64,000 bases of DNA, from positions 62,001 through 126,000 of the IMG/VR virus record IMGVR_UViG_3300023174_005338; one strand, given 5' to 3'. The notes beneath the pieces are model-generated. The model was not told the origin of the DNA and searched no databases. It worked only from the letters and a program-made list of their open reading frames with translations. The position numbers and the translations under genes were made by a program. Below, piece by piece: positions 8,451 through 18,900 of this stretch (position 1 is the stretch's first letter; every line of letters begins with the position of its first letter).

Positions 8451-10022
8451 TTACCGTTGTCTTTTACGGCCCAGGGTTTTTTCTGTGCCGTATTTTTTTG
8501 GCAGTTCAGGAGCAGCCTTGACAGCACTGCGTTTTTGTGTGACCAGGTCAAGATCTTTTGTTTTTGTTTTGACTTTTTTCTCTGTGCCTGTGTCAACTTC
8601 TGGGCCCATGTCATCGTTACTTTTTCCTGGGCTGACCTCAACTGAAATTTTACCTTTGGTAGGGTCTGAGGCAGATCCTTTGGTTTTAAGGCGTACTTCT
8701 CCAGAGATAGTAGCGGGCCAAAATGCTTCCGTGACCAATTTGTTGCCTTTGACATTGGTGTAAAGTTGTATAAAATTGTAGCCAAGACTTTGGATAATAG
8801 CTGGACGGAATCCTTCAATGACTTCTTGATTGTTGACCATGTCTATGACGTCTTTGGTCACTGCATACCAAACTTTTCCGCCGTCGGTATTGGTGCTTTC
8901 TTGTACCTTGGGCGATAGACGTTTATTGAATACCGACATTATGCCTCGTGGCATTGGCTTGCCGGTCTTGTAAGAATTCAAGGCAACCGCAATCAAGGCG
9001 TCATCAAATGGCAAGAGTTTTTTGTAGGCCGCCGGAACCTTGTCGGGGACATTTTTGTTCATCCAGTTCATTATTACAAATGGCTGGGTAAATGCACTGT
9101 TACTAGGATCCGTGGCTTCTTTGTAAAAACTGTAGGCTTCGGGATATTTCTTTTGCACATTGGCCGGTATCTTGATACTGCTCAAGGCAGGTGGTGCTCC
9201 CTTTCCTGCAGCCTTGCTAGAAATTTTGACAGCATGTCCAGTATCATCATTAACCACGCTGAAACTGTCGGCCAATGGATTGTCGCTGGCCTTGGGAAAA
9301 TACATGATCATGTCATTGAGATTGGCTCCTACAAACTTGTCAAATTCTTCTCGACTGCCGCGCTTGAACCGAGTAGCTCCTGACAACAGGCCTAACACTC
9401 CAATGTACTCGCTGGCGTACAGTTCGATGGCTTTAATTTCGGCCGGAGTTAAATTTTTAGGAAATTCTGGAACATTGCCTTGTGATGCCTGTCTGGACAT
9501 GTAAATCACTGCATCGCCTATACGTCCCAATTTTTGCATTTGTGGACTGTTGGAAATTTTTTCATACATTTCACCAGCAGGGAATCCACCGGCTTGCAAT
9601 AATTGGTCTACGCTGTTACCAAAGTCTGCAACTTCTTGATCTGTGGTGTCAAAAATATCACTGCCTTTGAGCTTGATGGTTTCTGACTCTTTGCTACCAA
9701 ACTCGACTGTTTTTAATAATTCAGTGTTTTTGACTTCGCCGCCGTCGGTCGTTTTGAGACTGATACTGCCTTTGGGGCCTTTGGGACCACTTTTTAACCA
9801 TTCAGCCACTCGGTTGGCTTCTGATGGATCAATCACAACATCGCCGCCAGTGACCAGAGTAAATGGAGTGCCGTTTTGTACCTTGTATAAGAAAAGTGCT
9901 GGACGACTCATAGGCTCGCCAGTGATCGGATCTTTGACTGCACTGGCTTTGTTGGCAGGGATTTCTGGTGCACCTAAGTTGGCTTCCATTAGATTGTCTA
10001 GTAGATTGAGAATATCACGCAT
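8451..10022 (-). CDS. Hypothetical 523-aa protein, possible PD-(D/E)xK-like nuclease fold
   Basis: Long ORF; YFPKASDNPLADS...VKISSK weakly resembles a restriction-endonuclease core. Confidence 0.6.
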   Translation of the reverse strand: MRDILNLLDNLMEANLGAPEIPANKASAVKDPITGEPMSRPALFLYKVQNGTPFTLVTGGDVVIDPSEANRVAEWLKSGPKGPKGSISLKTTDGGEVKNTELLKTVEFGSKESETIKLKGSDIFDTTDQEVADFGNSVDQLLQAGGFPAGEMYEKISNSPQMQKLGRIGDAVIYMSRQASQGNVPEFPKNLTPAEIKAIELYASEYIGVLGLLSGATRFKRGSREEFDKFVGANLNDMIMYFPKASDNPLADSFSVVNDDTGHAVKISSKAAGKGAPPALSSIKIPANVQKKYPEAYSFYKEATDPSNSAFTQPFVIMNWMNKNVPDKVPAAYKKLLPFDDALIAVALNSYKTGKPMPRGIMSVFNKRLSPKVQESTNTDGGKVWYAVTKDVIDMVNNQEVIEGFRPAIIQSLGYNFIQLYTNVKGNKLVTEAFWPATISGEVRLKTKGSASDPTKGKISVEVSPGKSNDDMGPEVDTGTEKKVKTKTKDLDLVTQKRSAVKAAPELPKKYGTEKTLGRKRQR

Positions 10023-10055
10023 TTGCTTTTTTTCACAGTTAATGTTATACTTATC

Positions 10056-10772
10056 TTATATTTCGAGATATTGTCTGACATATTTTTTATCTTGTTCAAT
10101 GATCTCAGTTGGATCAACATCGAGTAGTGTTTTGAGTAGATAAGATATGACTTCATAATTATTACGAACCGAAGAAGCAGATATTTTCTTGTTGTTGATG
10201 ATCACATGATCGTTTTTGTCTCTATTGAACTTGGCCGAAACTGCTTGTAAATTCTGTCTACTATCAAGAAATTTATACAAGGGTCTTTCCTTCACCCAGT
10301 CATTGTGTTGTTTTTTTGATGATTTAACAATAGATAATGGAATGATATGGTCATAATGAATATGCCATTTTTTCTTGGCAGTTCTAGCAGGACAACCGTG
10401 CGAGTTAAGGTGTTGATAAGGACTTTGCCAGAATTCACCAAATTCTGGATCAATGATACAAACTTTGCTATCGCAATCTGTGTAAATAACTTTTGAATAG
10501 TCATAAAGATCACCGTGTTTTTTCCTAGCCCGAGCTATAAATTCATCCAATGGTTGGCGCCTTGCTTGTGCTGCTTTTTGCTTACCTCTAGCAGGGTGTC
10601 CTTGTTTTTGTAAGTGACCCATTGGTGCTTGCCAGAATTCGCCAAACTCGGGATCGATAATTTTGACTTTGTCATGCATTTTAGTGTAAACTGTCTGTGA
10701 GTAGTCGTAAAAATAATTGTGTATTTTGTTTGCTCTTGCAACGAATTCTTGAGTGGTAATTTGTTTAGGCAT
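10056..10772 (-). mobile_element. HNH homing endonuclease with two DUF723-like repeats
   Basis: Two (F)xxRA.K.HxxxYDYS.V.Y...KV.IIDPEFGEFWQ.P..HL...G.P repeats, then YDHIIPLS...NLQAVSAKFNRDK. Confidence 0.8.
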
Positions 10773-10821
10773 ACGGAGGTCCAATGTATAATATGTTTAT
10801 TTATATAAGAAAGATAGAAAA

Positions 10822-11415
10822 ATGAATTTAGTTCCAATGGTCATTGAGACAACCTCCAAGGGCGAAAGAGCCATGGACATACAATCTAGGCTACTAAGAG
10901 ACAGAATTATATTGCTCATGGATGATGTAAATGATCATACAGCAAGTCTTGTAGTTGCCCAAATGTTGTTTTTAGAAGCTGAAGATCCAGACCGCGACAT
11001 ACTTCTCTATATAAATTCTAGAGGCGGCAGCGTTACCGCTGGCATGAGCATATATGATACCATGCAGTACATAAAATGCGATGTCAGCACCATAGTCATG
11101 GGCCAGGCATGCAGTATGGGTAGTTTGTTGGCCACAGCCGGAGCCGCAGGCAAGCGTTTTATGTTGCCACACAGCCGTAACATGATACATCAACCGTCAG
11201 GTGGTGCAGAAGGTCAGGCCACCGACATTGAAATACAGGCCCGAGAAATACTAAAGATGAAACGATATTTGACAGAAATCTATGTCGCACACAACAGCGC
11301 AGGCAAGGCCTACGATGATTTTGCACGTGACATGGAACGTGATTTCTTCATGAGTGCCGAAGAGGCCGTGGCCTATGGTCTAGCAGATCAGGTAATATCC
11401 AAGCGTGACATTTAA
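10822..11415 (+). CDS. clpP: ATP-dependent Clp protease proteolytic subunit
   Basis: LVPMVIE...[53 protein letters not shown]. Confidence 0.96.
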   Translation: MNLVPMVIETTSKGERAMDIQSRLLRDRIILLMDDVNDHTASLVVAQMLFLEAEDPDRDILLYINSRGGSVTAGMSIYDTMQYIKCDVSTIVMGQACSMGSLLATAGAAGKRFMLPHSRNMIHQPSGGAEGQATDIEIQAREILKMKRYLTEIYVAHNSAGKAYDDFARDMERDFFMSAEEAVAYGLADQVISKRDI

Positions 11416-12706
11416 GCATACCTTTTGTCCTAGTCCGTGGTTCCACATGCGAATCACCAACTCAGGCTCCTATGAACCTTGCAGATGGATGAACAAAAAT
11501 GTTAGCACTCGAGTAAATTTTGACCGTAACATAAAGACCTTGTCTCCTCTGAAGTATTTTCAAACCAACATGGCCAAGCTACGCACAGAATTGTTGCAAG
11601 GGCATGCTCCTGAAATGTGCGCAGACTGTCACGTCATGGAAGATCATGGCAAACCCAGTGGTCGGCAACGACAACTACTCAAGGTCGGCGTTCTTGGTGA
11701 ACATTTTGAAAAAAGTCTGGCCAGCTCGCCCATGCGTGCAGCGTTTGATCATAGCAATCAAAACCAAGGCGTCACAGATCGAACTGTGACAGACTGGCAG
11801 ATAGATCTAGGCAACTACTGCAATGGTGCCTGTGTGTTTTGTGTCCCTGAAAGTTCCAGTACCTTGGCCACTGAATTCTACCAACTGGGGCTCATTGATA
11901 CCATGCCACCTAGATCCTGGTGCGATGATCCGGATCTTCTGGAACAATTCATAGCAGACCTGACAGCCAGCCCTGACCTGCAATACCTGCATTTCCTTGG
12001 TGGCGAAACAGTGATCACTCCAGGATTTCAAAAAATATTGTCAGCCTTGATTGCGGCCGGCTTATCCCAACAGATCACCATTGGGTTTACCACCAATCTC
12101 ACGGTTTGGTCCGACACAGTAGTTGATCTATTGACTCAGTTCCGACAGGTGAATTTAGGCATGAGTGTGGAAACCTTGACTGCTGTCAATGACTATGTGA
12201 GATATCCCAGTCGGCAGGCCCGCACCCGACAATTATTGGATCAATGGCAGGACTTGGCCACCCGCCAGGCCTGGTTGACACAACTCAGAATCACTCCTAC
12301 TTGCCTGACCATGCACGATCTGACCACGGTATATGATTATGCCTGGCAACACAATTTGGCAGTGGAAAGTTGTAGTTTTTTTGATCGGCCTGAATTTCTC
12401 AGGATCAGTGTGCTTCCAACACAACAAAGACAAATTGCCATACACAGATTACAACAGTGGATCGAATCACATGTTGCAAATCCTTGTTCTCATCAAATCA
12501 TCAACACCAGAGATCCAAATCTAGCTCGTCAACAGATTGTGCAAGACGCTCGAAGCTATCTGCACTATCTACAATCTGCAGCAGATGAAAGTCACAGACT
12601 GCCGGATCTTGTGGCATATCTCAAACTGCTGGAAAGCCGTCGTGGCAACAGCATCTTAGACTATCTACCCCAATATGAAGACCTATTCAGATCTGCAGGC
12701 TATTGA
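11405..12706 (+). CDS. Radical SAM protein with N-terminal Cys-rich domain
   Basis: CNGACVFC (CX3CX2C), LGGET, FTTN; N-terminal CPSPW...PC. Confidence 0.9.
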   Translation: MTFKHTFCPSPWFHMRITNSGSYEPCRWMNKNVSTRVNFDRNIKTLSPLKYFQTNMAKLRTELLQGHAPEMCADCHVMEDHGKPSGRQRQLLKVGVLGEHFEKSLASSPMRAAFDHSNQNQGVTDRTVTDWQIDLGNYCNGACVFCVPESSSTLATEFYQLGLIDTMPPRSWCDDPDLLEQFIADLTASPDLQYLHFLGGETVITPGFQKILSALIAAGLSQQITIGFTTNLTVWSDTVVDLLTQFRQVNLGMSVETLTAVNDYVRYPSRQARTRQLLDQWQDLATRQAWLTQLRITPTCLTMHDLTTVYDYAWQHNLAVESCSFFDRPEFLRISVLPTQQRQIAIHRLQQWIESHVANPCSHQIINTRDPNLARQQIVQDARSYLHYLQSAADESHRLPDLVAYLKLLESRRGNSILDYLPQYEDLFRSAGY

Positions 12707-13097
12707 TCAGCGGTTGCACTGCCACGTGGAACTGGAACCCGTGGGCAATCCCGAAGTGTCGGTGATCATTGCCGGTGTGTATGGAGGCGGAAAACTTTTC
12801 AAGTCCGTTGAGTTCAATATCAACGTTGACTTATTGAAGCCTTTCACTATTGAAATTGAACTTCGAAATAAAACATACTCCACTGATCATGAAACTGCTG
12901 TGATCGTCAAACAGTTACAAATTGACGATATTGATCTTGTGCCCAGATTTGACTATCTAGCTGTGTACAACAACGATCACAACAACACCAACCCTACCAG
13001 CTACCTGGGTTTTAATGGTAAGTGGACACTAACTATTGATAGGCCTTTTTATCAATGGTTGCATCAGACCACAGCACAAGGCTGGCTTATAAGTTAG
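12675..13097 (+). CDS. Hypothetical protein
   Basis: 140-aa ORF coupled to the radical SAM gene. Confidence 0.65.
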   Translation: MKTYSDLQAIDQRLHCHVELEPVGNPEVSVIIAGVYGGGKLFKSVEFNINVDLLKPFTIEIELRNKTYSTDHETAVIVKQLQIDDIDLVPRFDYLAVYNNDHNNTNPTSYLGFNGKWTLTIDRPFYQWLHQTTAQGWLIS

Positions 13098-13155
13098 TGC
13101 GCACTAACCCTTTGATTTTGCTACGGTTGACCAAAAATGCCCGATTTGCTATACT
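13093..13155 (+). promoter_or_regulatory. 16-bp palindrome plus early promoter
   Basis: GTTAGTGCGCACTAAC (13093-13108), then TTGACC-N17-TATACT (13127-13155). Confidence 0.75.
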
Positions 13156-13184
13156 AGTTCTATAGTAAACAAAAAGGAGCAACC

Positions 13185-13598
13185 GTGAGCAAACAAATCC
13201 AATACGCAGGTTACAGCATCGTGAAAGACGGCACCTGGAAATTCCGTACTGCCACCGATGAAAAACGCATCGCCCAACTAGAAGCATTTGGTGAATCGGT
13301 GTACATGGTCAGTATCAAACCCGTGGCCACCAAGGGTGCGGCTGCCAAAGAACTCTTGGCCATGGATTACATGGGCAAAGATCCCGAGTGTGTGGCGTTC
13401 TTTGTGAAACATGCAAAAGACGAGAATCCGTTCAAGCCCAAAAAGGTTCGCACTGTAAAAGTCAAGGTCTCCAAGTCTAATCCAGTGGAGGCCTATTTCT
13501 TGGCAGTGGAGGCTGATCAACCCGTGAGTCGTAAAGAAGCGGCCCGTTTGCGTGCCGAGTTCAACGAGCGTGTCAGAATTGCTTACGAAGCCAACTAA
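13185..13598 (+). CDS. Hypothetical early protein
   Basis: AAGGAG RBS, GTG start. Confidence 0.75.
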   Translation: MSKQIQYAGYSIVKDGTWKFRTATDEKRIAQLEAFGESVYMVSIKPVATKGAAAKELLAMDYMGKDPECVAFFVKHAKDENPFKPKKVRTVKVKVSKSNPVEAYFLAVEADQPVSRKEAARLRAEFNERVRIAYEAN

Positions 13599-13608
13599 GG
13601 AGACCCAC

Positions 13609-13788
13609 ATGGCCAAATTCCGAGTACTAGCCAGCGAAACTGTTTTTTACGAGTTCTTTGTAGAAGCCGAAACCGAAGCCGAAGTCCATAGACGCATCGA
13701 CATCGGCGACTACGACACAGGTCCAGCCTACGATGGCGACAATTTTGAAATCGACAGCATTGAACAGGAGACAGAACATGTCAGTTAA
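13609..13788 (+). CDS. Small acidic hypothetical protein
   Basis: AAGGAG RBS; MAKFRVLASE... Confidence 0.7.
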   Translation: MAKFRVLASETVFYEFFVEAETEAEVHRRIDIGDYDTGPAYDGDNFEIDSIEQETEHVS

Positions 13789-14050
13789 TCACATCGTAAC
13801 AGAACTCATGAGCGGCACCTTGACCAACGATGACATCGAGAAGGTGGCCCAGGCTCTCAAATACGCCCGTGCCCAAGTTGGTCGAGAAGTCAAGCGTCAA
13901 CTGGCTCCGGGAGCAAGCGTGAGGTTTTATCATCCCAAACAGAATTTTTACATCGCCGGCACTGTGAACCGCATCAAACAGAAATATGTCCTGGTCGACA
14001 CACCCAGGGGACGATACAATGTGCCGGCTAACTTGTTGGAAGTGGCATGA
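13778..14050 (+). CDS. Hypothetical protein (SH3-like C-terminus)
   Basis: CAGGAG RBS; GASVRF...GTVNRIKQKYVLV...RYNVPANLL. Confidence 0.7.
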   Translation: MSVNHIVTELMSGTLTNDDIEKVAQALKYARAQVGREVKRQLAPGASVRFYHPKQNFYIAGTVNRIKQKYVLVDTPRGRYNVPANLLEVA

Positions 14051-14286
14051 AACACCTGCCGGTAGAAACTTTTATCGCAGGCTTTGCGGAGTTTCACATG
14101 TTGTTGAAGGACTATCCAGGTCTGCGTATGGTGCCTATCCAGCATTACGACACAGTGAAATCTGGTTTGACCAACCTGGGCTACAGATTCCGTATCCGAT
14201 ATCGTGGTCCACACAGACCCGAACACGATACACTCAAGCAAGATGCCCGAGCATTCACAGTTTACCTACAAGAGGAAATCATATGA
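14047..14286 (+). CDS. Hypothetical protein
   Basis: ATGA-coupled 79-aa ORF. Confidence 0.65.
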   Translation: MKHLPVETFIAGFAEFHMLLKDYPGLRMVPIQHYDTVKSGLTNLGYRFRIRYRGPHRPEHDTLKQDARAFTVYLQEEII

Positions 14287-14447
14287 TCAACATCAGCGAT
14301 TTTGTACAAGTCAAAAATCAACCTGGAATAACCGGGCAAATCATTGAACTACACGGCAACAAGGCTGTGATCATTGACGATGCCAGTGAATATGAATACC
14401 CAGAAAACTGCCTGGAATTTAAAATTTCGGACTTGCAACCCTTGTAA
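14283..14447 (+). CDS. Small hypothetical protein
   Basis: GAGG RBS; MINISDFVQVK... Confidence 0.6.
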   Translation: MINISDFVQVKNQPGITGQIIELHGNKAVIIDDASEYEYPENCLEFKISDLQPL

Positions 14448-14456
14448 ACACAAGGA

Positions 14457-14526
14457 AAAAAGTCTTTAAAAATCAATGACTTACAGCGCCTAAAAAGTTC
14501 TTAAAAATCAATGACTTACACGACCT
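14457..14526. repeat. Tandem 2 x 35-bp intergenic repeat
   Basis: Identical 20-bp core TTAAAAATCAATGACTTACA at 14466 and 14501. Confidence 0.9.
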
Positions 14527-14548
14527 AAAAAAGCTGGATATTTTTTGG

Positions 14549-14577
14549 TTGACCAAAAACACCATTTAGGGTATAAT
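14549..14577 (+). promoter_or_regulatory. Early promoter
   Basis: TTGACC-N17-TATAAT. Confidence 0.8.
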
Positions 14578-14608
14578 GTATGTATAGTGATTAATAAGGA
14601 GCTGAAAA

Positions 14609-14872
14609 ATGGTTGGACTAACAATAGTAGATGGTGACGTAATCCGTGCATATGACTTCAAGCCCATGGCGGGCCGTGAAGACTGCTTCATCGAAGGTGA
14701 GGTTTTGGATTCTGGTGATACTAGTCAAGGTTACCAAGCATACCGGATCCGTGTGACCCGTGACAGCTGGTCAGATAGTGAAGACAAGGGTCGTGTTGGT
14801 ATTGAGATGTTTGTGCCTTGGAGAGTGAGTTTTAACGAGTTCCAAGGTCGTGTAATGAACCTGAGCAGATAA
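14609..14872 (+). CDS. Hypothetical early protein
   Basis: TAAGGAG RBS. Confidence 0.7.
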   Translation: MVGLTIVDGDVIRAYDFKPMAGREDCFIEGEVLDSGDTSQGYQAYRIRVTRDSWSDSEDKGRVGIEMFVPWRVSFNEFQGRVMNLSR

Positions 14873-14873
14873 C

Positions 14874-15245
14874 GTGAAGGCCTTTCAAGAGATCACAGAA
14901 TGGGACAGCGACTTCGCTGTCCCAAACCACGTTTATTTTTTGTCAGACGCAAAGGACAAGATGTACGGCTATGTTCAAGCTGGCACTGGCCTTGTGCAGA
15001 CCATGCGCTCACCATATAGATTTCATGTGCGTGGTCGTAAGTTCCGAGAGGTCAAAAATGTCTGGAACTTTGGTGTGGATGATACTCCAGAACCTTCCAA
15101 CGGAAAAGAATATCGAGTGTTAGGTAGCCGGAACAACGTCTACACAGTGACCAATGACCGCGGAAGTTGGTCTTGCACTTGCCCTGCCGCAAAATGGCAA
15201 AAGGGCGAATGCAAGCATATTGTAAAATTAAAGTCCGAATCTTGA
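14874..15245 (+). CDS. SWIM zinc-finger protein
   Basis: WSCTCPAAKWQKGECKHI (CxC...CxH). Confidence 0.8.
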   Translation: MKAFQEITEWDSDFAVPNHVYFLSDAKDKMYGYVQAGTGLVQTMRSPYRFHVRGRKFREVKNVWNFGVDDTPEPSNGKEYRVLGSRNNVYTVTNDRGSWSCTCPAAKWQKGECKHIVKLKSES

Positions 15246-15959
15246 CCGGTAGTAGTTGAAGTTTTGAGCAACCTCTGTACCAGTTAGTGCTGAGTTGTAG
15301 ACATTAACAATGGCCAATCGGCCGCCCCATAACCCACCCGGATCCCAGCGAGTCATCAAACCATATCCAATTCCAGGGTTGGCAGCAGCACCGGGCGGTG
15401 CAACAGCAGTTTGCACCAGGGTGTTGTTTACATACAAGTTGAGAGTGGTGCCGTCAAATGTGCCCACAATCTGATACCATGCTCCGGGTGTTAGTGAATA
15501 CCCCGACGGAGTAGTTTGAAATCCCGCACTATAATACCATACCTGTAGATCAGTATCAGCGGCGTTGGCACCCAGACCAAGATTTATGGTACCGCCACCA
15601 TATTGATATTCTGTGAATATGTTGGGTCCAGAGGATGTGTTGGTTCCGTCATAGTAGTGCCAGGCTTCGATTGACCAGTTGGCCAATGTGCCCAAGTTTG
15701 GTGTTGTGCTATAGCCAAACTGTCCAGCGTTGGGATTGAACTGTAGATATCCACCGTTGGCACTGTTATAGGTGGGACCGTTTACCAGCGTAAATGACAT
15801 GGATCCTACTGTGTCGGTCCATGTGCTACCTGACCCAGGATAGCTGGCAGGATTGCCAGCGTCAAGACTCAAGACTTGATTAGTCAACGGAGATGCCGAT
15901 GAGGAACTAATCTCTACACCAGCTCCAACGGTGATTCCGGGTCCTATTGTTATGGCCAT
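15228..15959 (-). CDS. LamG / ConA-like lectin domain virion protein
   Basis: SLDAGNPASYPGSGSTWTD, GAWYQIVGTFDG, VYNSALTGTEVAQNFNY. Confidence 0.85.
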   Translation of the reverse strand: MAITIGPGITVGAGVEISSSSASPLTNQVLSLDAGNPASYPGSGSTWTDTVGSMSFTLVNGPTYNSANGGYLQFNPNAGQFGYSTTPNLGTLANWSIEAWHYYDGTNTSSGPNIFTEYQYGGGTINLGLGANAADTDLQVWYYSAGFQTTPSGYSLTPGAWYQIVGTFDGTTLNLYVNNTLVQTAVAPPGAAANPGIGYGLMTRWDPGGLWGGRLAIVNVYNSALTGTEVAQNFNYYRSRFGL

Positions 15960-15972
15960 ATTAGTATCCCGT

Positions 15973-18900
15973 TCAACTTATTTGCGCCCAACCGTAACGC
16001 ACAGTTACAGCATTGCCGCTGGCGTTGTTGATGCCAAAGTCAAATCTATTGGTAGTTGCAGTAGGAGCCGTACTGGATCGCACAATGGTATTTGATGTTC
16101 CCACGAACTGATTAGGTATGCTGGTAAAGTCAATGGGTGTTCCACCACCTGTGTAGACCCAGGCATACTGAGCACCCACAACAGGTACGTTGGTGTTGGT
16201 AATGGTAGCCGTGGCATTCCAAGTCAAGATACCATTGGGGATATTACAATCCACCCACATGTAGTAGGTGTTGCTGGGAGTCACTGTGAAACTCTGAGTG
16301 CTGTTGCCGGTAGGCACAGTCCAAGTGCTTTCAAATGTTGTAGTAACATTGGATAATGTTGCGCCATTGCCAACAAAACTGTTAGCTGTAACAACATTGG
16401 CACCTGTAATGTTGCCGCCTGTCATGGTAATGTTGCCGGCCGAGCCTGAGGTGATCAAATTGCCACCTGTAACGTTGCTTGTAGCAACCACATTGCCAGA
16501 GGCACTTAAAGTTATGGCCGATACGCTGTCAAATCCTGACAGATAAGGTGCTGGACTTGCATTCGAGCCCACAATACCACCAGAAGATACAATTAAATTT
16601 CCACCCGCTGGCAGAGTCAAATTACCAGCAGTGTCAAATGTCCATTGAGCTGTGTTGCCAGCGGTGTTGACTATAATATTACCTGTGTTGGCCAATTTGA
16701 CATAAAAGTCATCATTGCCCAAATACAATTCGGTATTGAGTAAGTTGCCCGTGGTAAGATGTAAATGGTTACCTTCGACAATATTGCCAGTTGGGTATAC
16801 CAACAGTTGTTGGTCGGCGTCAGATCCGCCCGACGGTGTTATAGCAATGGTATTTCCAAGACCCGTTGGTGCTGCACCTTCTGATACAACGCCACCCGAT
16901 GGTAGTGTCAAATTACCGTTTTCATCGAATGTCCAACGAAGTGCTATACCGTCACTTGCTTTCTGATTTTCAATGTATACTTGAGGTTTGTTTATTAGAT
17001 TATCTTTGAATGTTACATCTATCCAAGACCATGCATCATTAGGTCCAGTAGCAACATCTTCTACGTATACATCCCAAACACCTGCTGTTTGATACTCTAC
17101 TGTTCTATAATTTCCAAATGTTGTTGTGAGTTGCAATGATATATCAGAAGTTATGTTACCTGTAGGGAATGTTGTAGACCCATCTGCGGCAAAGGTCCAG
17201 GTATTACCGCCAGTTTCAATATTGACATGACCTTCATTTGCTTGACCGTTGCCCGAAGCACCGCCCCAGATATTGACATTACCGCCCGTTGCTGTACCAT
17301 AGCCGCCATACATCTTTACATCACCGCCTACAGTAGCACCTTGCCCGCCAGTAATTTCAACGTAGCCGCCTGTGGTATTGCCACCTTGACCGCCGGTGAT
17401 TTCAATAAAGCCAGGGGCACCATTGGCCTGTGAGGCACCACCATCTATGCGGATATAACCGCCGGTGCCGTCTGCTGGAGCATAACCACCACGGATCTTG
17501 ACGTCACCACCGGAACCGTTGTTGTTGCCACCACGACCGGCCCATAAGTAGATGTCGCCACCTTCTCCGCCGTTGCTGTCTTCACCTTTGCCAGGATTGA
17601 TAACTAATCGTTGGCTATTAATACCATCTGCATTACTACCATCTGGAGTGGAGATAATGGCTTCTTGTGTGGCATCTCCAAACAACAGGGTTTGACCAGT
17701 AATAGTACCGCTCGAGATATCACCACGCTGTGTGGTCAGGGTTGGGAATATTGTGCCGCCATCAGGAGCAAAGGTCCAGGTATGTGGTGTTCCGTTGCTG
17801 GCCTGTATAGATACATTGCCATCAACATTAACAGTGACATTGGCAAAGTCGTCAGTTCCAAGAATAACAGTTTCACCGTTGCCAGCAATGTGAATATCTG
17901 GACCTGTGGTCAGATAGATGTTCAAGTATGCGTCAGCATTAGCAGGATCTGGCTGTAAATATAAGTTACCATCACCGATTATGTTGACATCATTGAATGT
18001 GACATTGCCGGTGTTGGCAGTTGAAATTCCAGTGAGTTGACTCCCGTCGCCAAGGAAAAAGTTGGCAGATACATTGCCCGTGGTATTGATGTTGCCATTG
18101 GTAGCAAACGTACCATCAAGGCCAAATTGCCAAACAAATGCATTTGCTGTGCCGTAACCTGCGCCAATCTCAATAAACAAATCATCGTTTACCTGTATGT
18201 ATTGCTGACCGTCTTGGCTGGAAATACCACCAGTACCGTTGCCGGGTGTTACAAACCAACTGTTGTTGGCACCTGTGAGGCCTGGATAATTTGATATTAG
18301 GCCACCAGTTGGGAATGTGGTAGTACCAGTGTTGTCAAAGGTCCATTGATGACTGTTACCAGTTTCATTGTATTGTGTGGCGATGTAAGCACCGTTGGCA
18401 TCAACCCACATCCAGGAGTTTTCACCATCGTTGGTAGTGAGTCCGGCATAGCCGCCGGCCACTGCTCGCAGGGTGGATCCATTGATGATACTTTGATCTG
18501 GCAAGATGACCACACCATTGGTGTCTACTTGCAACGCATAGTGCTGTGCAGGATTTGAGATATTGGTATTGTATAGGCTACTGGTACTAACTTGATTGCT
18601 GGCATTTAATGAGAATCCGTTGCCCAGAGCAACTACACCCGGTGTAGAGTTGGTGGCCACGGGCAAATTGGCCACGGGCAAATTGGAAAGTTGACTGCCA
18701 TCGCCGATGAAGTAGTCAGCAGTGATGTTGCCTGTTGTAGAGATTGAAGTGTTGCTATCGTTGCTCAATAATGCTTCGCCGTTGACTGTGAGCACATTGC
18801 CTGCACTTAAACTAATAGGCACATTGTTCATGAAGATGGTGGCATTGCTCACATACAAATCATTCCACTGATTTGTAGCATTACCTAAACTGTAAACTGC

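Noticed and set aside
14457-14526. Possible mini-CRISPR array
   Set aside because: Only two tandem units with no unique spacer, and no cas genes.
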